A stretch of DNA of 45,772 nucleotides, taken from contig JALSHU010000089.1 in NCBI GenBank assembly GCA_026982075.1, positions 1 through 45,772 of the forward strand. Direction: 5' to 3'. Made by a program: the position numbers and the translations under genes. This document shows, in pieces, positions 19,667-28,914 of the stretch (positions are counted from its first letter, which is position 1; each line of letters starts with the position of its first letter). The stretch comes from Sulfurovum sp. (GTDB taxonomy: Bacteria; Campylobacterota; Campylobacteria; Campylobacterales; Sulfurovaceae). The notes below the pieces were generated by a model that was not told the origin of the DNA, did not search any database, and saw nothing but the letters and a program-made list of their open reading frames with translations.

Positions 19667-20472
19667 TCCTTGGCCCCAAGTCTTTTTATTTCATGGCATG
19701 TAAACCCTGCTTCTTTTCTTGCCTTCACATTGACATGAGGTCTATGCTTGTCAAGTAAATCATAGACTTCAAGAATTTCAAAATAAACATCTTCGTTTTT
19801 ACCTTCAAGTTTACAAAGATACTTAAACCACTTATCACCCTTGAGGACATGGTCTATCTCTTCTTTATAAATAGTATTTAATACCTCTATTAGTTTTGCA
19901 ATAGAAGGTAATTTACGTCTATTATCCAATTTTTTAATGATTTGTGGACTTACATCAAGACCAGATGCCTCAAAATATCTAGGGACTATTGCCATACGGT
20001 CTAAAATATTGTGTGCAGTATTTTTGGCTGCATCAAAAAGTCCAGAGTGTACAGGAAAATCACCATAGGTAAATCCAAGTTCCTGTAAAAGTGACTGTAA
20101 CATTTTAAAATGTCTTATCTCATCACATGCTACTTCAAGCCAATCTATTTTATATCTTTGAGGCATATCTGAATAACGGTACACTGCATCTAAAGCCAAG
20201 TCAATAGCCGAAAATTCGATATGTGCAATGGAGTGCACCAAAGTTGCTAATCCTTCTTTGGTATCAAAGTCTTTTCTGTGTGGTAAATTTTTTGGGGATA
20301 CGATGGTACATTTAGATACATAAGAAGGTACTTCAAATCGTCTAGGCAAGAAATTGTCATCAGACATAACCTCATTTTGGCTACAATACTCCAAACACTG
20401 TGCAGCCAATAACTCTTTGACAAGGATGTCATCACTGATAATGGCTTGTTCAAGGAGTACATAAAAATTCAT
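19657..20472 (-). CDS. DUF455 ferritin-like di-metal protein
   Basis: HSIAHIEFSAIDLALD, DEIRHF, EASGLD, EEIDHV..GDKWF, REAGF-like tail (ARKEAGF). Confidence 0.88.
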   Translation of the reverse strand: MNFYVLLEQAIISDDILVKELLAAQCLEYCSQNEVMSDDNFLPRRFEVPSYVSKCTIVSPKNLPHRKDFDTKEGLATLVHSIAHIEFSAIDLALDAVYRYSDMPQRYKIDWLEVACDEIRHFKMLQSLLQELGFTYGDFPVHSGLFDAAKNTAHNILDRMAIVPRYFEASGLDVSPQIIKKLDNRRKLPSIAKLIEVLNTIYKEEIDHVLKGDKWFKYLCKLEGKNEDVYFEILEVYDLLDKHRPHVNVKARKEAGFTCHEIKRLGAKECS

Positions 20473-20478
20473 AGGAGA

Positions 20479-20487
20479 ATTATATCA
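20479..20487 (-). promoter_or_regulatory. Extended -10 box TGATATAAT 6 nt upstream of the DUF455 ATG (probable leaderless mRNA)
   Basis: Minus strand reads TGATATAAT-TCTCCT-ATG with no Shine-Dalgarno. Confidence 0.6.
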
Positions 20488-20488
20488 C

Positions 20489-21094
20489 ATGCAAGTCAAA
20501 ATACAACCTATGGGTGCCACACAAACCAATTGTTATATTATTACGGTGGACAATAAAGATTTTATCATAGACCCAGGGATAGGTGCAACCCAATGGGTAC
20601 TCGATAATGTCACAAACCCTATTGCTATTCTCAATACACATGGACACTTTGATCATGTATGGTCAAATCAGGCAGTACAAGATGCCCTCCGTATTCCTAT
20701 CTATTGCCCAAAAGATGATATTTTTATGCTTACCAAATGCCCTCTTGGACAAAATGTACCCCCAAGTAATGCTGATTATGCTGTCAAAGGAGACGAAGAA
20801 CTTGAGCTTTCAGGGGTCAAAATACAATACCGTCACTTTCCCGGTCATACGCCTGGTTGTAGCATCATACAGATACAAGATATATGGCTCTCTGGAGATT
20901 TTCTTTTTCAACAAAGTATAGGAAGATGGGATTTTCCATTTTCAAGTGGAGAAGATATGGTAAAAAGTTTGGAAAAAGCCATAACTCTTGAAGGTGACTA
21001 TACTGTATATCCTGGTCATGGGCTAAGCACTACACTTAAAGTAGAACAAAAAGTAATGCCTTATTGGATTGACCAAGTCAAAAGAACAATTTGA
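20489..21094 (+). CDS. MBL-fold metallo-hydrolase (glyoxalase II/YcbL-like)
   Basis: TNCY, THGHFDH, PGHTPG, SGDFLF, GRWD, YPGHG. Confidence 0.92.
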   Translation: MQVKIQPMGATQTNCYIITVDNKDFIIDPGIGATQWVLDNVTNPIAILNTHGHFDHVWSNQAVQDALRIPIYCPKDDIFMLTKCPLGQNVPPSNADYAVKGDEELELSGVKIQYRHFPGHTPGCSIIQIQDIWLSGDFLFQQSIGRWDFPFSSGEDMVKSLEKAITLEGDYTVYPGHGLSTTLKVEQKVMPYWIDQVKRTI

Positions 21095-21131
21095 TTCTGA
21101 TCACATCTCCAATACCTATGAAAATGCCTTG

Positions 21132-21311
21132 CTATTTAGCATTGGCACATTTTCCTACAGCACACTTACCTGCCTCACACTTCATTTCAAAAGGTTTTAA
21201 TTCGGTAGGTTTTGGTTTTGATTCAAAAAAACCTTCCGTATAAAGTATATACGTAAAAAGTGTCCCTAAAATCACCAAACCATAAAATGTATAAAGAAAG
21301 AACTTTTTCAT
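21132..21311 (-). CDS. Small membrane-anchored Cys-motif peptide, 59 aa (MKKFFLYTFYGLVILGTLFTYILYTEGFFESKPKPTELKPFEMKCEAGKCAVGKCANAK)
   Basis: Hand-translated and absent from the ORF track. GAGG RBS at 21319-21322 is 7 nt from the ATG; TGTTATAAT at 21339-21347; the ORF fills an otherwise empty gap. Confidence 0.8.
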   Translation of the reverse strand: MKKFFLYTFYGLVILGTLFTYILYTEGFFESKPKPTELKPFEMKCEAGKCAVGKCANAK

Positions 21312-21430
21312 AATGCAACCTCATCAATAATTTAAAAGATTATAACAAAAAAAAAGAATAGCTGTATAAAGAAAGTAAAAAAGATAAAGTACGCTAGTAA
21401 ACGCACTTATATAAAAATACTAAAGAGGTA

Positions 21431-22090
21431 TTAATATGAAAATTTATACCCACGTCGACGAACAGTATGAATCACCTGAAAACCAAGTATACTCTTTAAA
21501 CGTTTACGAATTTGGTTAATAGCTACTTCAACTGTGTTATCACTCACATATTCAGGTTCCTCCCAAAGTGCATTAATGATTTCATCTTTAGAAAATACAC
21601 GTTGTTTACGAAGAGCCAGATATGCCAATATATCAAATGTTTTACCATTTAAAGAAACAATTTTTTCATCATACTCTATCTTTTTATTGGCAATATCAAT
21701 CACAAGCTTATCAATATTAACCTGCGTACCAAAAAGGTGTCTCATGTTTGAAAGTACTCTTGCTGCAATAAGATCAGGAAACTCACAATGATGACTTATC
21801 ACATCATCAATACCTAAAGCGAAAAAACCTTCTTGACGATTTTTATTTACAGATAAGATAATAATCTTAGTCTCACTCTTTTTCTTTTTCACTTCATTGA
21901 CATAACGTTCAAGCGAAAATTTGACGCCTTCATCTACTATAATAACCAATTCATAATGCCTAAAATCTGTAAAATTTGTCGCATCGTACAAATCTTTAGC
22001 ATTATCTACAATACAGATAAAATAATTTTCTAATTCTTTTTCAAGTTCCTTAACGTATTCATCAGTGAACCCTACTGTTAGTATTCTCAT
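21431..22090 (-). CDS. Orphan OmpR-family response regulator, HsrA(HP1043)/CosR-like, with degenerate receiver
   Basis: Winged-helix domain WEEPEYVSDNTVEVAINQIR...TVRRRGYKF resembles HsrA; no adjacent kinase. Confidence 0.85.
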   Translation of the reverse strand: MRILTVGFTDEYVKELEKELENYFICIVDNAKDLYDATNFTDFRHYELVIIVDEGVKFSLERYVNEVKKKKSETKIIILSVNKNRQEGFFALGIDDVISHHCEFPDLIAARVLSNMRHLFGTQVNIDKLVIDIANKKIEYDEKIVSLNGKTFDILAYLALRKQRVFSKDEIINALWEEPEYVSDNTVEVAINQIRKRLKSILGFQVIHTVRRRGYKFSY

Positions 22091-22270
22091 ATATTTCCAA
22101 TCATCAAAAAGTTCTAAAACTTAAAGTTTTTCCAATTTTGTCTATTTCTAAGCGTATTTATAGCAAAATGTACCTTATTTAAAAATAAAAGTAAGTTATA
22201 TTCTTCAACAAATCACACAATACGGTGTGAAGTTTATACTAAATTTGTCAAAGAGTTGTCAAAGAGATGC

Positions 22271-23176
22271 TTATTGTGCCTTGATAGCTTTGATATAAAC
22301 TCGTTTCGGTGCAGGATAACCTTCTACTGTCTTTGTCTTATCTTCTGGATCTAAATAATCTTCAAGACTCTGTGTATCTATCCATTCTGTCTTTCTCTGC
22401 TCGTTTGATTCAGTTACCATTGTTTCTAAAACTTCAACGTATTCAAAACCTGCCCTATAACACCAATTTTTCAAAGCATTCACTGTAGGTACAAAATAAA
22501 TATTCGGAATTTTAGAATATCTGTCTCTAGGGGTTAAACATATTTCATCTTCACCATCTATCATAAAGGTATCTAAGATAAGCTCTCCCCCTTTATGCAA
22601 ACCCTTAAACAACGATTTCAACATTCCTACAGGATCAGATCTATGATAAAGTACGCCTAAACAAAACAAAACATCAAACTTTTCCTCATAAAACTCCACA
22701 TGCTCTACCCCCAAAAGTTCATAGACTATATCTGTTTTGATAAAATGATTCAGAAATTGGAACTGAGAATAATAAATAGCAGAAGGATCAAACCCTATCA
22801 ATTTTTTAGGTTTATGTGTAAGCATACGGAAAAGATAATAGCCATTGTTACAGCCTATATCACCTACTATTTTATCTGTAAGGTCAAAATGGCGTTCTAA
22901 TAAATTATATTTAATCTGACTTTGCCATTCAGAATCTATAAACAATGTATTTATTTGAAAAGGCCCTTTACGCCAAGGTTTCATCAGACGTGCTGTTTCT
23001 TCTATTTGTTGTCTATTTGTATCACTAAGATTGGAGATTTGAATCTCTACTGTGTCTCCCAAGACACATGCAGTATCAGCAAACTGTGGTAATGCTGCAA
23101 TAGCCTCTTGATAGGGTTTTATATTTTTCCATGTGAGCCATTTTTTGCGTTCTTCTCGTAATATTTCTAACTGCAT
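22271..23176 (-). CDS. cmoB: tRNA cmo5U34 carboxymethyltransferase
   Basis: PWRKGPF, IDSEWQS, DIGCNNGYY, GVLYHR, RYSKIPN, RKTEW, TVEGYPAP. Confidence 0.95.
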   Translation of the reverse strand: MQLEILREERKKWLTWKNIKPYQEAIAALPQFADTACVLGDTVEIQISNLSDTNRQQIEETARLMKPWRKGPFQINTLFIDSEWQSQIKYNLLERHFDLTDKIVGDIGCNNGYYLFRMLTHKPKKLIGFDPSAIYYSQFQFLNHFIKTDIVYELLGVEHVEFYEEKFDVLFCLGVLYHRSDPVGMLKSLFKGLHKGGELILDTFMIDGEDEICLTPRDRYSKIPNIYFVPTVNALKNWCYRAGFEYVEVLETMVTESNEQRKTEWIDTQSLEDYLDPEDKTKTVEGYPAPKRVYIKAIKAQ

Positions 23177-23179
23177 TGC

Positions 23180-23713
23180 TTATTTGATGTACGCTTTTTT
23201 TATCACCTGTTTAAAAAGTGGCTTATTGGCTCCTTGAGAAACTGTCACATTTTCTATTTTTTGCACAACTTTTTTACCCTTAAGCACTTCACCAAAAATT
23301 GTATACCCACCATTGAGATGCGGGGTTGGAACAGTAGTAATAAAAAATTGACTTCCATTTGTATTGGGTCCTTTATTGGCCATTGCCAATATAAAAGGTT
23401 TATCAAATGTAAGATTTTTTCCATATTCATTATCAAAATCTTTTTTCCAGATAGATTCACCACCTCTTCCTGTACCCGTAGGATCTCCACCCTGAATCAT
23501 GAAACCTTTAATCACCCTATGAAAAATAATACCATTATAGTAGCCATTTTTTACATGTGTAAGAAAGTTTTCAACAGCTTTTGGTGCAACGTCTGGAAAA
23601 AGTTTTAATTCTATTTTTCCTACATTGGTCTCAAGTACTACAACCTTGTCATTTGCATACGCTTGAAAACCCAATCCTAAAAACAACAACCCAATTAATA
23701 TTTTTTTATACAT
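23180..23713 (-). CDS. Periplasmic cyclophilin-type peptidylprolyl isomerase
   Basis: Signal peptide; FHRVIKGFMIQGGDPTGTG, MANKGPNTNGSQFFIT. Confidence 0.95.
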   Translation of the reverse strand: MYKKILIGLLFLGLGFQAYANDKVVVLETNVGKIELKLFPDVAPKAVENFLTHVKNGYYNGIIFHRVIKGFMIQGGDPTGTGRGGESIWKKDFDNEYGKNLTFDKPFILAMANKGPNTNGSQFFITTVPTPHLNGGYTIFGEVLKGKKVVQKIENVTVSQGANKPLFKQVIKKAYIK

Positions 23714-23761
23714 ATCTGTCCTTCATTATTATCATATACCCAATTATAACGCGAATATTAT

Positions 23762-25282
23762 TTATTTTGCATAACTTGTTGCACGGGTTTCACGAATGAC
23801 ATTTACTTTAATTTCACCTGGATACTGCACTTTTTGTTGTATCTCTTTTGCTATCTCTTTGCTCAATAGTACAGCTTCATTGTCAGACATCTTCTGAGCA
23901 TTTACAAAAACACGTATTTCTCTACCTGCATTGATGGCGTATGCTTGTGTAACATCACTTTTAGCTGTTGCAATATCTTCTATCTCTTTTACTCTTTTTG
24001 TGAAGCTTTCAAGAACCTCTCTTCTTGCTCCTGGTCTTGCAGCAGAAAGTTTGTCTGCCGCACATACTGCCGCACTCTCAACTGAATCTGGTTCTTCATA
24101 TCCATGATGTGCAAGTATGGCATTAATAACGCTTGGGTGTTCTCCGTGTTTACGACACAAATCTACACCTATATCTACATGTGAACCACCCATATCTTGC
24201 GTAAGTGCTTTGCCAATATCATGTAAGAGTCCTGCACGTAAGGCTAACTTTTCATCTCCACCCATCTCTGCTGCCATAACACGTGCCAGTTTCGCAACTT
24301 CTAATGTATGTGCCAATGCATTTTGTCCATAACTGGCTCTATATTTCATCCGTCCAAGTAGTCGCACAAGTTCTTCATGCATAGGAAACAAGCCTAAATC
24401 TATGAGAATATTTTCACCCTCTTCATATGTTCTTTGTTCAAACTCTTTGAGTACTTTGTCATGTACTTCTTCAATACGACCTGGATGAATACGCCCATCC
24501 TCAACTAGAATCTCAATCACCCTTGTCGCAATAGCTCTTCTATAAAGGTTAAAAGAACTTACCAAAATGACACCTGGTGTTTCATCTACTACAATATCTA
24601 CTCCCAAAAGCATCTCTAGTGCTTTAATATTTCTACCCTCTTTGCCTATAATTCTTCCCTTGTGTTCATCACTAGGTAAGTCAATAAGGTTTATCAAACG
24701 TTCTCCAGCAAAATCACCAGCATAACGAGTGGTTGCCTGTGCCAAAATATAGTTTGCTTTTTTTTCACCTTCATTTTTAGCTTCTTGCTCATATTTACGT
24801 ACAATCCCTGCTACTTCAGCACGACTTTGTTCTTCTACTTTTTTTAAAATATATATTTTGGCTTCTTCTTTTGTAAGAGATGCAACATTTTGCATTTGAT
24901 TGATGGCATGATTGATTTCATTTTGTTTTGTTTCTTCCAGTTTTTCTAACTGGCATTCTTTATCCATAATGCGCTGTTCTAAAATTTTGAGTTTCTCTTC
25001 TTTTTTGTCTAATTCTTTGGTTTGTAAAATTAATATACGTTCTCTATCATCTACTTTAGCAAGTCGTTTTTGAAATTCACTTGCCTGTTCTATCTCTTTT
25101 TCTTTTACTTTTACCCCTGCAGATTTCAGTAAGAGCTCTGCCTCATTCTCTATCGCTTTTGCTTTTGCCTTGGCTTCATATTCGTAATGTGAAAGTTGAT
25201 TCTTCCTGCTAATTTTTAACCATATATAGCAAATTATTATTCCTACAATTACTCCTGCGATACCCACTACTGTCTCCAACAT
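23762..25282 (-). CDS. rny: Ribonuclease Y
   Basis: N-terminal TM, coiled coil, KH motif KGRIIGKEGRNI, HD motif LLHDIGK, SAARPGARRE. Confidence 0.97.
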   Translation of the reverse strand: MLETVVGIAGVIVGIIICYIWLKISRKNQLSHYEYEAKAKAKAIENEAELLLKSAGVKVKEKEIEQASEFQKRLAKVDDRERILILQTKELDKKEEKLKILEQRIMDKECQLEKLEETKQNEINHAINQMQNVASLTKEEAKIYILKKVEEQSRAEVAGIVRKYEQEAKNEGEKKANYILAQATTRYAGDFAGERLINLIDLPSDEHKGRIIGKEGRNIKALEMLLGVDIVVDETPGVILVSSFNLYRRAIATRVIEILVEDGRIHPGRIEEVHDKVLKEFEQRTYEEGENILIDLGLFPMHEELVRLLGRMKYRASYGQNALAHTLEVAKLARVMAAEMGGDEKLALRAGLLHDIGKALTQDMGGSHVDIGVDLCRKHGEHPSVINAILAHHGYEEPDSVESAAVCAADKLSAARPGARREVLESFTKRVKEIEDIATAKSDVTQAYAINAGREIRVFVNAQKMSDNEAVLLSKEIAKEIQQKVQYPGEIKVNVIRETRATSYAK

Positions 25283-25847
25283 CTCTCGTCCTTTGACGTT
25301 CTTTGGGCGTAATAATCATGTCTGCTTTTACATCATAATGGTCTGTGACCACCTCTTTACTGTAACACAATTCACGCGCTACAAAAACGATTTGTTTTAT
25401 ATACTCACTATGTTTTTCAAAAAATCTATCATACATACCTTTACCAAATCCTACACGTCTGTTAGTAGAATCCACTCCAACAATAGGTACAATAGCCATA
25501 TCTATTTTTTTATTTCTAAATTGTTTTGAATCATTTGGTTCTTTTATGCCAAAACGCTTTTCCTTCAGTGGCAGTCTATATTTTACCAACCTAAAACTTT
25601 TACCTTCCATAAAAGGCACATACAGAGTTCTCTTTTCTTTGCGTAGACGCTGGATAAGCGGATATATATTCACCTCTGTTTTCAAAGGTAAATACAACAT
25701 CACCTTTTTAGCATCACTTTGCTTGAGATACTTATAAAGTTTATTTAATGTTTTTTTATCTTTACTATATTTTCCTCGTTTTGAGGCATTTTGTAATAGT
25801 TTTAGACAATCCATTCGAAATTGTTTTTTTCTCTCTTCTCTTTTCAT
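25209..25847 (-). CDS. 5-formyltetrahydrofolate cyclo-ligase
   Basis: FGIKEP, IVPIVG, RVGFGKGMYDR; 3' end overlaps the rny start by 74 bp. Confidence 0.92.
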   Translation of the reverse strand: MKREERKKQFRMDCLKLLQNASKRGKYSKDKKTLNKLYKYLKQSDAKKVMLYLPLKTEVNIYPLIQRLRKEKRTLYVPFMEGKSFRLVKYRLPLKEKRFGIKEPNDSKQFRNKKIDMAIVPIVGVDSTNRRVGFGKGMYDRFFEKHSEYIKQIVFVARELCYSKEVVTDHYDVKADMIITPKERQRTRDVGDSSGYRRSNCRNNNLLYMVKN

Positions 25848-25914
25848 TATTTACCCATTATTATTAATGCTCTTTTGCTATAATCAATATACTAATTATA
25901 TCCAAAGGGTCTGC

Positions 25915-26544
25915 GTGCGTAAAATATATACTCTTCTATTGACTATATTTTCCCTTTACCTCACTGGATGTGAAGATAAAAAAGTCAATAAACATTCTAT
26001 ACCACTAGAAAATACTACAGAAATTTTTACGTCAAAAGATAAAAAACTTCAACAAGAAAAACATAAAAGTAATCTGTTAGCTTCACAAGGTGACACTTTT
26101 ACACTTGTTGATACACGCGACACTACATACAAAATCACTTTTATCCAAAACGATATTATTTTTCATAGCCTCAAATCCCCTATAGTAGTCATAAATTTTT
26201 TTAGTTTAACCTGCACTTCATGTCTTGATCAGATGGCTTCATTATCAAAACTACAAAAGAAGTATCAAAACAAAGTATCTGTGATTAGTGTACTCCATGG
26301 CGATTCACAAGGTAATTCAACACTCAAAGATAGCCTACAAAAACATCATATATCCCATTTTACCTCTCACAGTAAAGATGATGAAGGTTTTTCAAAAAAA
26401 TTGTATGATACACTCCAACTCAATGAAAATACGCCATTGCCTCTGACAGTCATCTATCAAGATGGAAAGTATTATAGTCATTTCGAAGGGGCTGTTCCTA
26501 TAGAAATGATACAGCATGATATACAAAAATCTATAAAAAAATAA
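25915..26544 (+). CDS. TlpA/thioredoxin-like lipoprotein (CTSC active site)
   Basis: GTG start at 25915 after AAAGGG; lipobox LTGC; VINFFSLTCTSC; LPLT cis-Pro loop. Confidence 0.8.
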   Translation: MRKIYTLLLTIFSLYLTGCEDKKVNKHSIPLENTTEIFTSKDKKLQQEKHKSNLLASQGDTFTLVDTRDTTYKITFIQNDIIFHSLKSPIVVINFFSLTCTSCLDQMASLSKLQKKYQNKVSVISVLHGDSQGNSTLKDSLQKHHISHFTSHSKDDEGFSKKLYDTLQLNENTPLPLTVIYQDGKYYSHFEGAVPIEMIQHDIQKSIKK

Positions 26545-26554
26545 AGGTCAACCT

Positions 26555-27421
26555 ATGTTCAATCTTTTAAAAAAAGTTTTAGGTAAAACAAATAGTGCCA
26601 TCAAAGAAGTTGCACCCAACAAGAGAAAGAACCTTACACAGGATGAATTTGAGGAGATACTACTTGAGGCTGATGTCAACTATACACTCGTTGAAAAACT
26701 TTTAGAAGGTCTCCCTGAGAAAATCACCAGAATCCAAGCTTTTAATTCACTTATCTCTGTATTTCAATACAAAGCTGATTGGAAAAACAGTGATGTAAAA
26801 CCATTTGTAGAGATGATTATAGGGGTGAATGGTGCAGGAAAAACAACAACTATATCTAAGCTTGCATATCGATATATGGAACAAGGAAATTCTGTCATTT
26901 TAGGAGCAGGAGACACCTTTCGTGCAGCTGCGATAGAACAACTGAGCCGTTGGGCAGAAAAACTCAAAATTCCCATCATCGCGACACAACAAGGACATGA
27001 CCCTTCTGCTGTAGTTTTTGATACCATAGCATCTGCTAAAGCCAAAGGATACGACAATGTTATCATTGATACCGCTGGAAGGTTGCATACGCAAAATAAC
27101 CTCAGCGAAGAACTAAAAAAAATGATTCGTGTAGCAGAAAAAGCACTCCCTGGAGCACCACACCGAAAAATGCTTGTCTTAGATGGAACACAAGGAAGTT
27201 CTTCTATCAATCAAGCAAAAGTATTTGATAATCTTATAGGTGTGGATGGTATCATAATCACTAAACTTGACGGGACTGCCAAAGGTGGTTCTGTTTTGAG
27301 TATTGCAGATGAACTGCAAATGCCTATTTTTTATATTGGGACAGGAGAACAGCCTAAAGACCTTATATCCTTTAAAGCAAACCAATACGTGAATACCATT
27401 TTAGATGAAATATTTATTTAG
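26555..27421 (+). CDS. ftsY: SRP receptor FtsY (NG domain only)
   Basis: GVNGAGKTTT, DTFRAAA, DTAGR, TKLDGTAKGG. Confidence 0.97.
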   Translation: MFNLLKKVLGKTNSAIKEVAPNKRKNLTQDEFEEILLEADVNYTLVEKLLEGLPEKITRIQAFNSLISVFQYKADWKNSDVKPFVEMIIGVNGAGKTTTISKLAYRYMEQGNSVILGAGDTFRAAAIEQLSRWAEKLKIPIIATQQGHDPSAVVFDTIASAKAKGYDNVIIDTAGRLHTQNNLSEELKKMIRVAEKALPGAPHRKMLVLDGTQGSSSINQAKVFDNLIGVDGIIITKLDGTAKGGSVLSIADELQMPIFYIGTGEQPKDLISFKANQYVNTILDEIFI

Positions 27422-27433
27422 GAATTTTTAATT

Positions 27434-28051
27434 ATGAAAAATATCCTCAACCTATTCTTGACTTTATCTATGCCACTGAGTATACTTTTTACTGCTATTG
27501 CAATAGTATATTATTCGATAGATTTTGAATTTTCAAAATCCATAAAACTGGGCATTCTCACTGGTGTACTTATGAGTATAACTTTTGCTGTTGCCCTCAC
27601 GCCGATTATTCTTGTGTTACGTGCTTTACACCTAAAAAAAGTCAGAAAAGAGATTTTATCTCCTCCAGATAGTGAAAATTCCAAATCTTTGAAACAAGAA
27701 GTAACAATATACGAGAAAAAAACTACCTCACCCTATACAAATGAGGTTATAGAACCCATGGATAAACCAAACTCCATTGAGGAAAAACTTATGTTACTGA
27801 TGGACAAAGAATTGGCTTATGAGGTTTCATTGGCTTCTATCAGTCAGAAAAAGATTGGTGAAATAATCTACCAAAATAAAGAAGAAGGCATACTTATTGT
27901 ACGTACAGAAGATCGAGAAATAAAAATGGCTATTAGTCCTTTAACTAAACACACAGCCCAAGTCATCATAACCACTACCATAGATAACAGCAACATGAAA
28001 AATATTATCTCCATGCTGAAGGAAAAGGAACACTCATTCCTTCAATACTAG
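27434..28051 (+). CDS. Hypothetical protein with two N-terminal TM helices
   Basis: 205-aa ORF with AGGA RBS; two hydrophobic segments then a soluble domain. Confidence 0.65.
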   Translation: MKNILNLFLTLSMPLSILFTAIAIVYYSIDFEFSKSIKLGILTGVLMSITFAVALTPIILVLRALHLKKVRKEILSPPDSENSKSLKQEVTIYEKKTTSPYTNEVIEPMDKPNSIEEKLMLLMDKELAYEVSLASISQKKIGEIIYQNKEEGILIVRTEDREIKMAISPLTKHTAQVIITTTIDNSNMKNIISMLKEKEHSFLQY

Positions 28052-28728
28052 AGAGAAAATGTTTTACGATATGACTCTTCAAGTCTTGCTTTATCTTTAT
28101 AGTCTATGATATCCCCTACAACCACTGTTACTTCCTGTTTTAAATTTTTATCTTTTAATGCTTTTTTAAGCACCTTATCTGCATCTGACTTTATATATAG
28201 TGGTAAAATAGGTAATCTATTCTTCAATGCTATAATACGTGATCCCTCTTTGAAGGCTGTTAAAGGTTTATCTGTTTTATTTCTTGTACCTTCTGGAAAA
28301 ATAAAAATAGATTCACCACGTTTGACTGCTTTTTTTATGTCTGAAAAAAACCCACCCATTTGACTCTTTTCTCTGTCAAGAAGAATGGAACCTGCATTAC
28401 GTACAAAAAGTCCGAAAAAAAATGAATTATAAAGTTCCTTTTTTGAAATCCAAGGTCCAAATATCTGTGTATCTTTCAGTGCCACTTCTGTAATAGGAGG
28501 GTCTATGATACTTCTATGGTTAATGATGACTAAATACTGTCCATTTTCTGGTAACTTTTCTTTATCTTCAATCTTCAGTGATATATTCAGTGTATCTAAC
28601 TGGGCTTGTGAATATGCCAGTCTCAATCTTTTCTTTTCCATAGGATCATCTGTTTTTGATAATCTAAAACCAAAACTATTTGTTAAATAAAGACCATATA
28701 CCGCCTGTTTAATCGCATTAAATGTCAC
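28048..28728 (-). CDS. Lysophospholipid (1-acyl-sn-glycerol-3-phosphate) acyltransferase, PlsC family
   Basis: NHRSIID (HX4D) and FPEGTR; GTG start after AAGGA. Confidence 0.9.
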   Translation of the reverse strand: MTFNAIKQAVYGLYLTNSFGFRLSKTDDPMEKKRLRLAYSQAQLDTLNISLKIEDKEKLPENGQYLVIINHRSIIDPPITEVALKDTQIFGPWISKKELYNSFFFGLFVRNAGSILLDREKSQMGGFFSDIKKAVKRGESIFIFPEGTRNKTDKPLTAFKEGSRIIALKNRLPILPLYIKSDADKVLKKALKDKNLKQEVTVVVGDIIDYKDKARLEESYRKTFSL

Positions 28729-28914
28729 TAAAAATCCTTCTTTTCTGTCCCAAAATTATAACCAAAAGATATAAAAATGCAACTTCACTCTTATGTCATA
28801 TGTACATAACAATAAAACAATTCTTTTTCAAATAAATATGACAATATGACATATTTATACTTCTATTGTAAAATTTGATTTAAAATACACCTATCAATGT
28901 TTAGGAGTAAATAT

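Noticed and set aside
25848-25914. 6S RNA upstream of the 5-formyl-THF cyclo-ligase gene, as in E. coli ssrS-ygfA
   Set aside because: The spacer is only about 67 bp and holds promoter/RBS signals; there is no room for a roughly 180-nt hairpin RNA.
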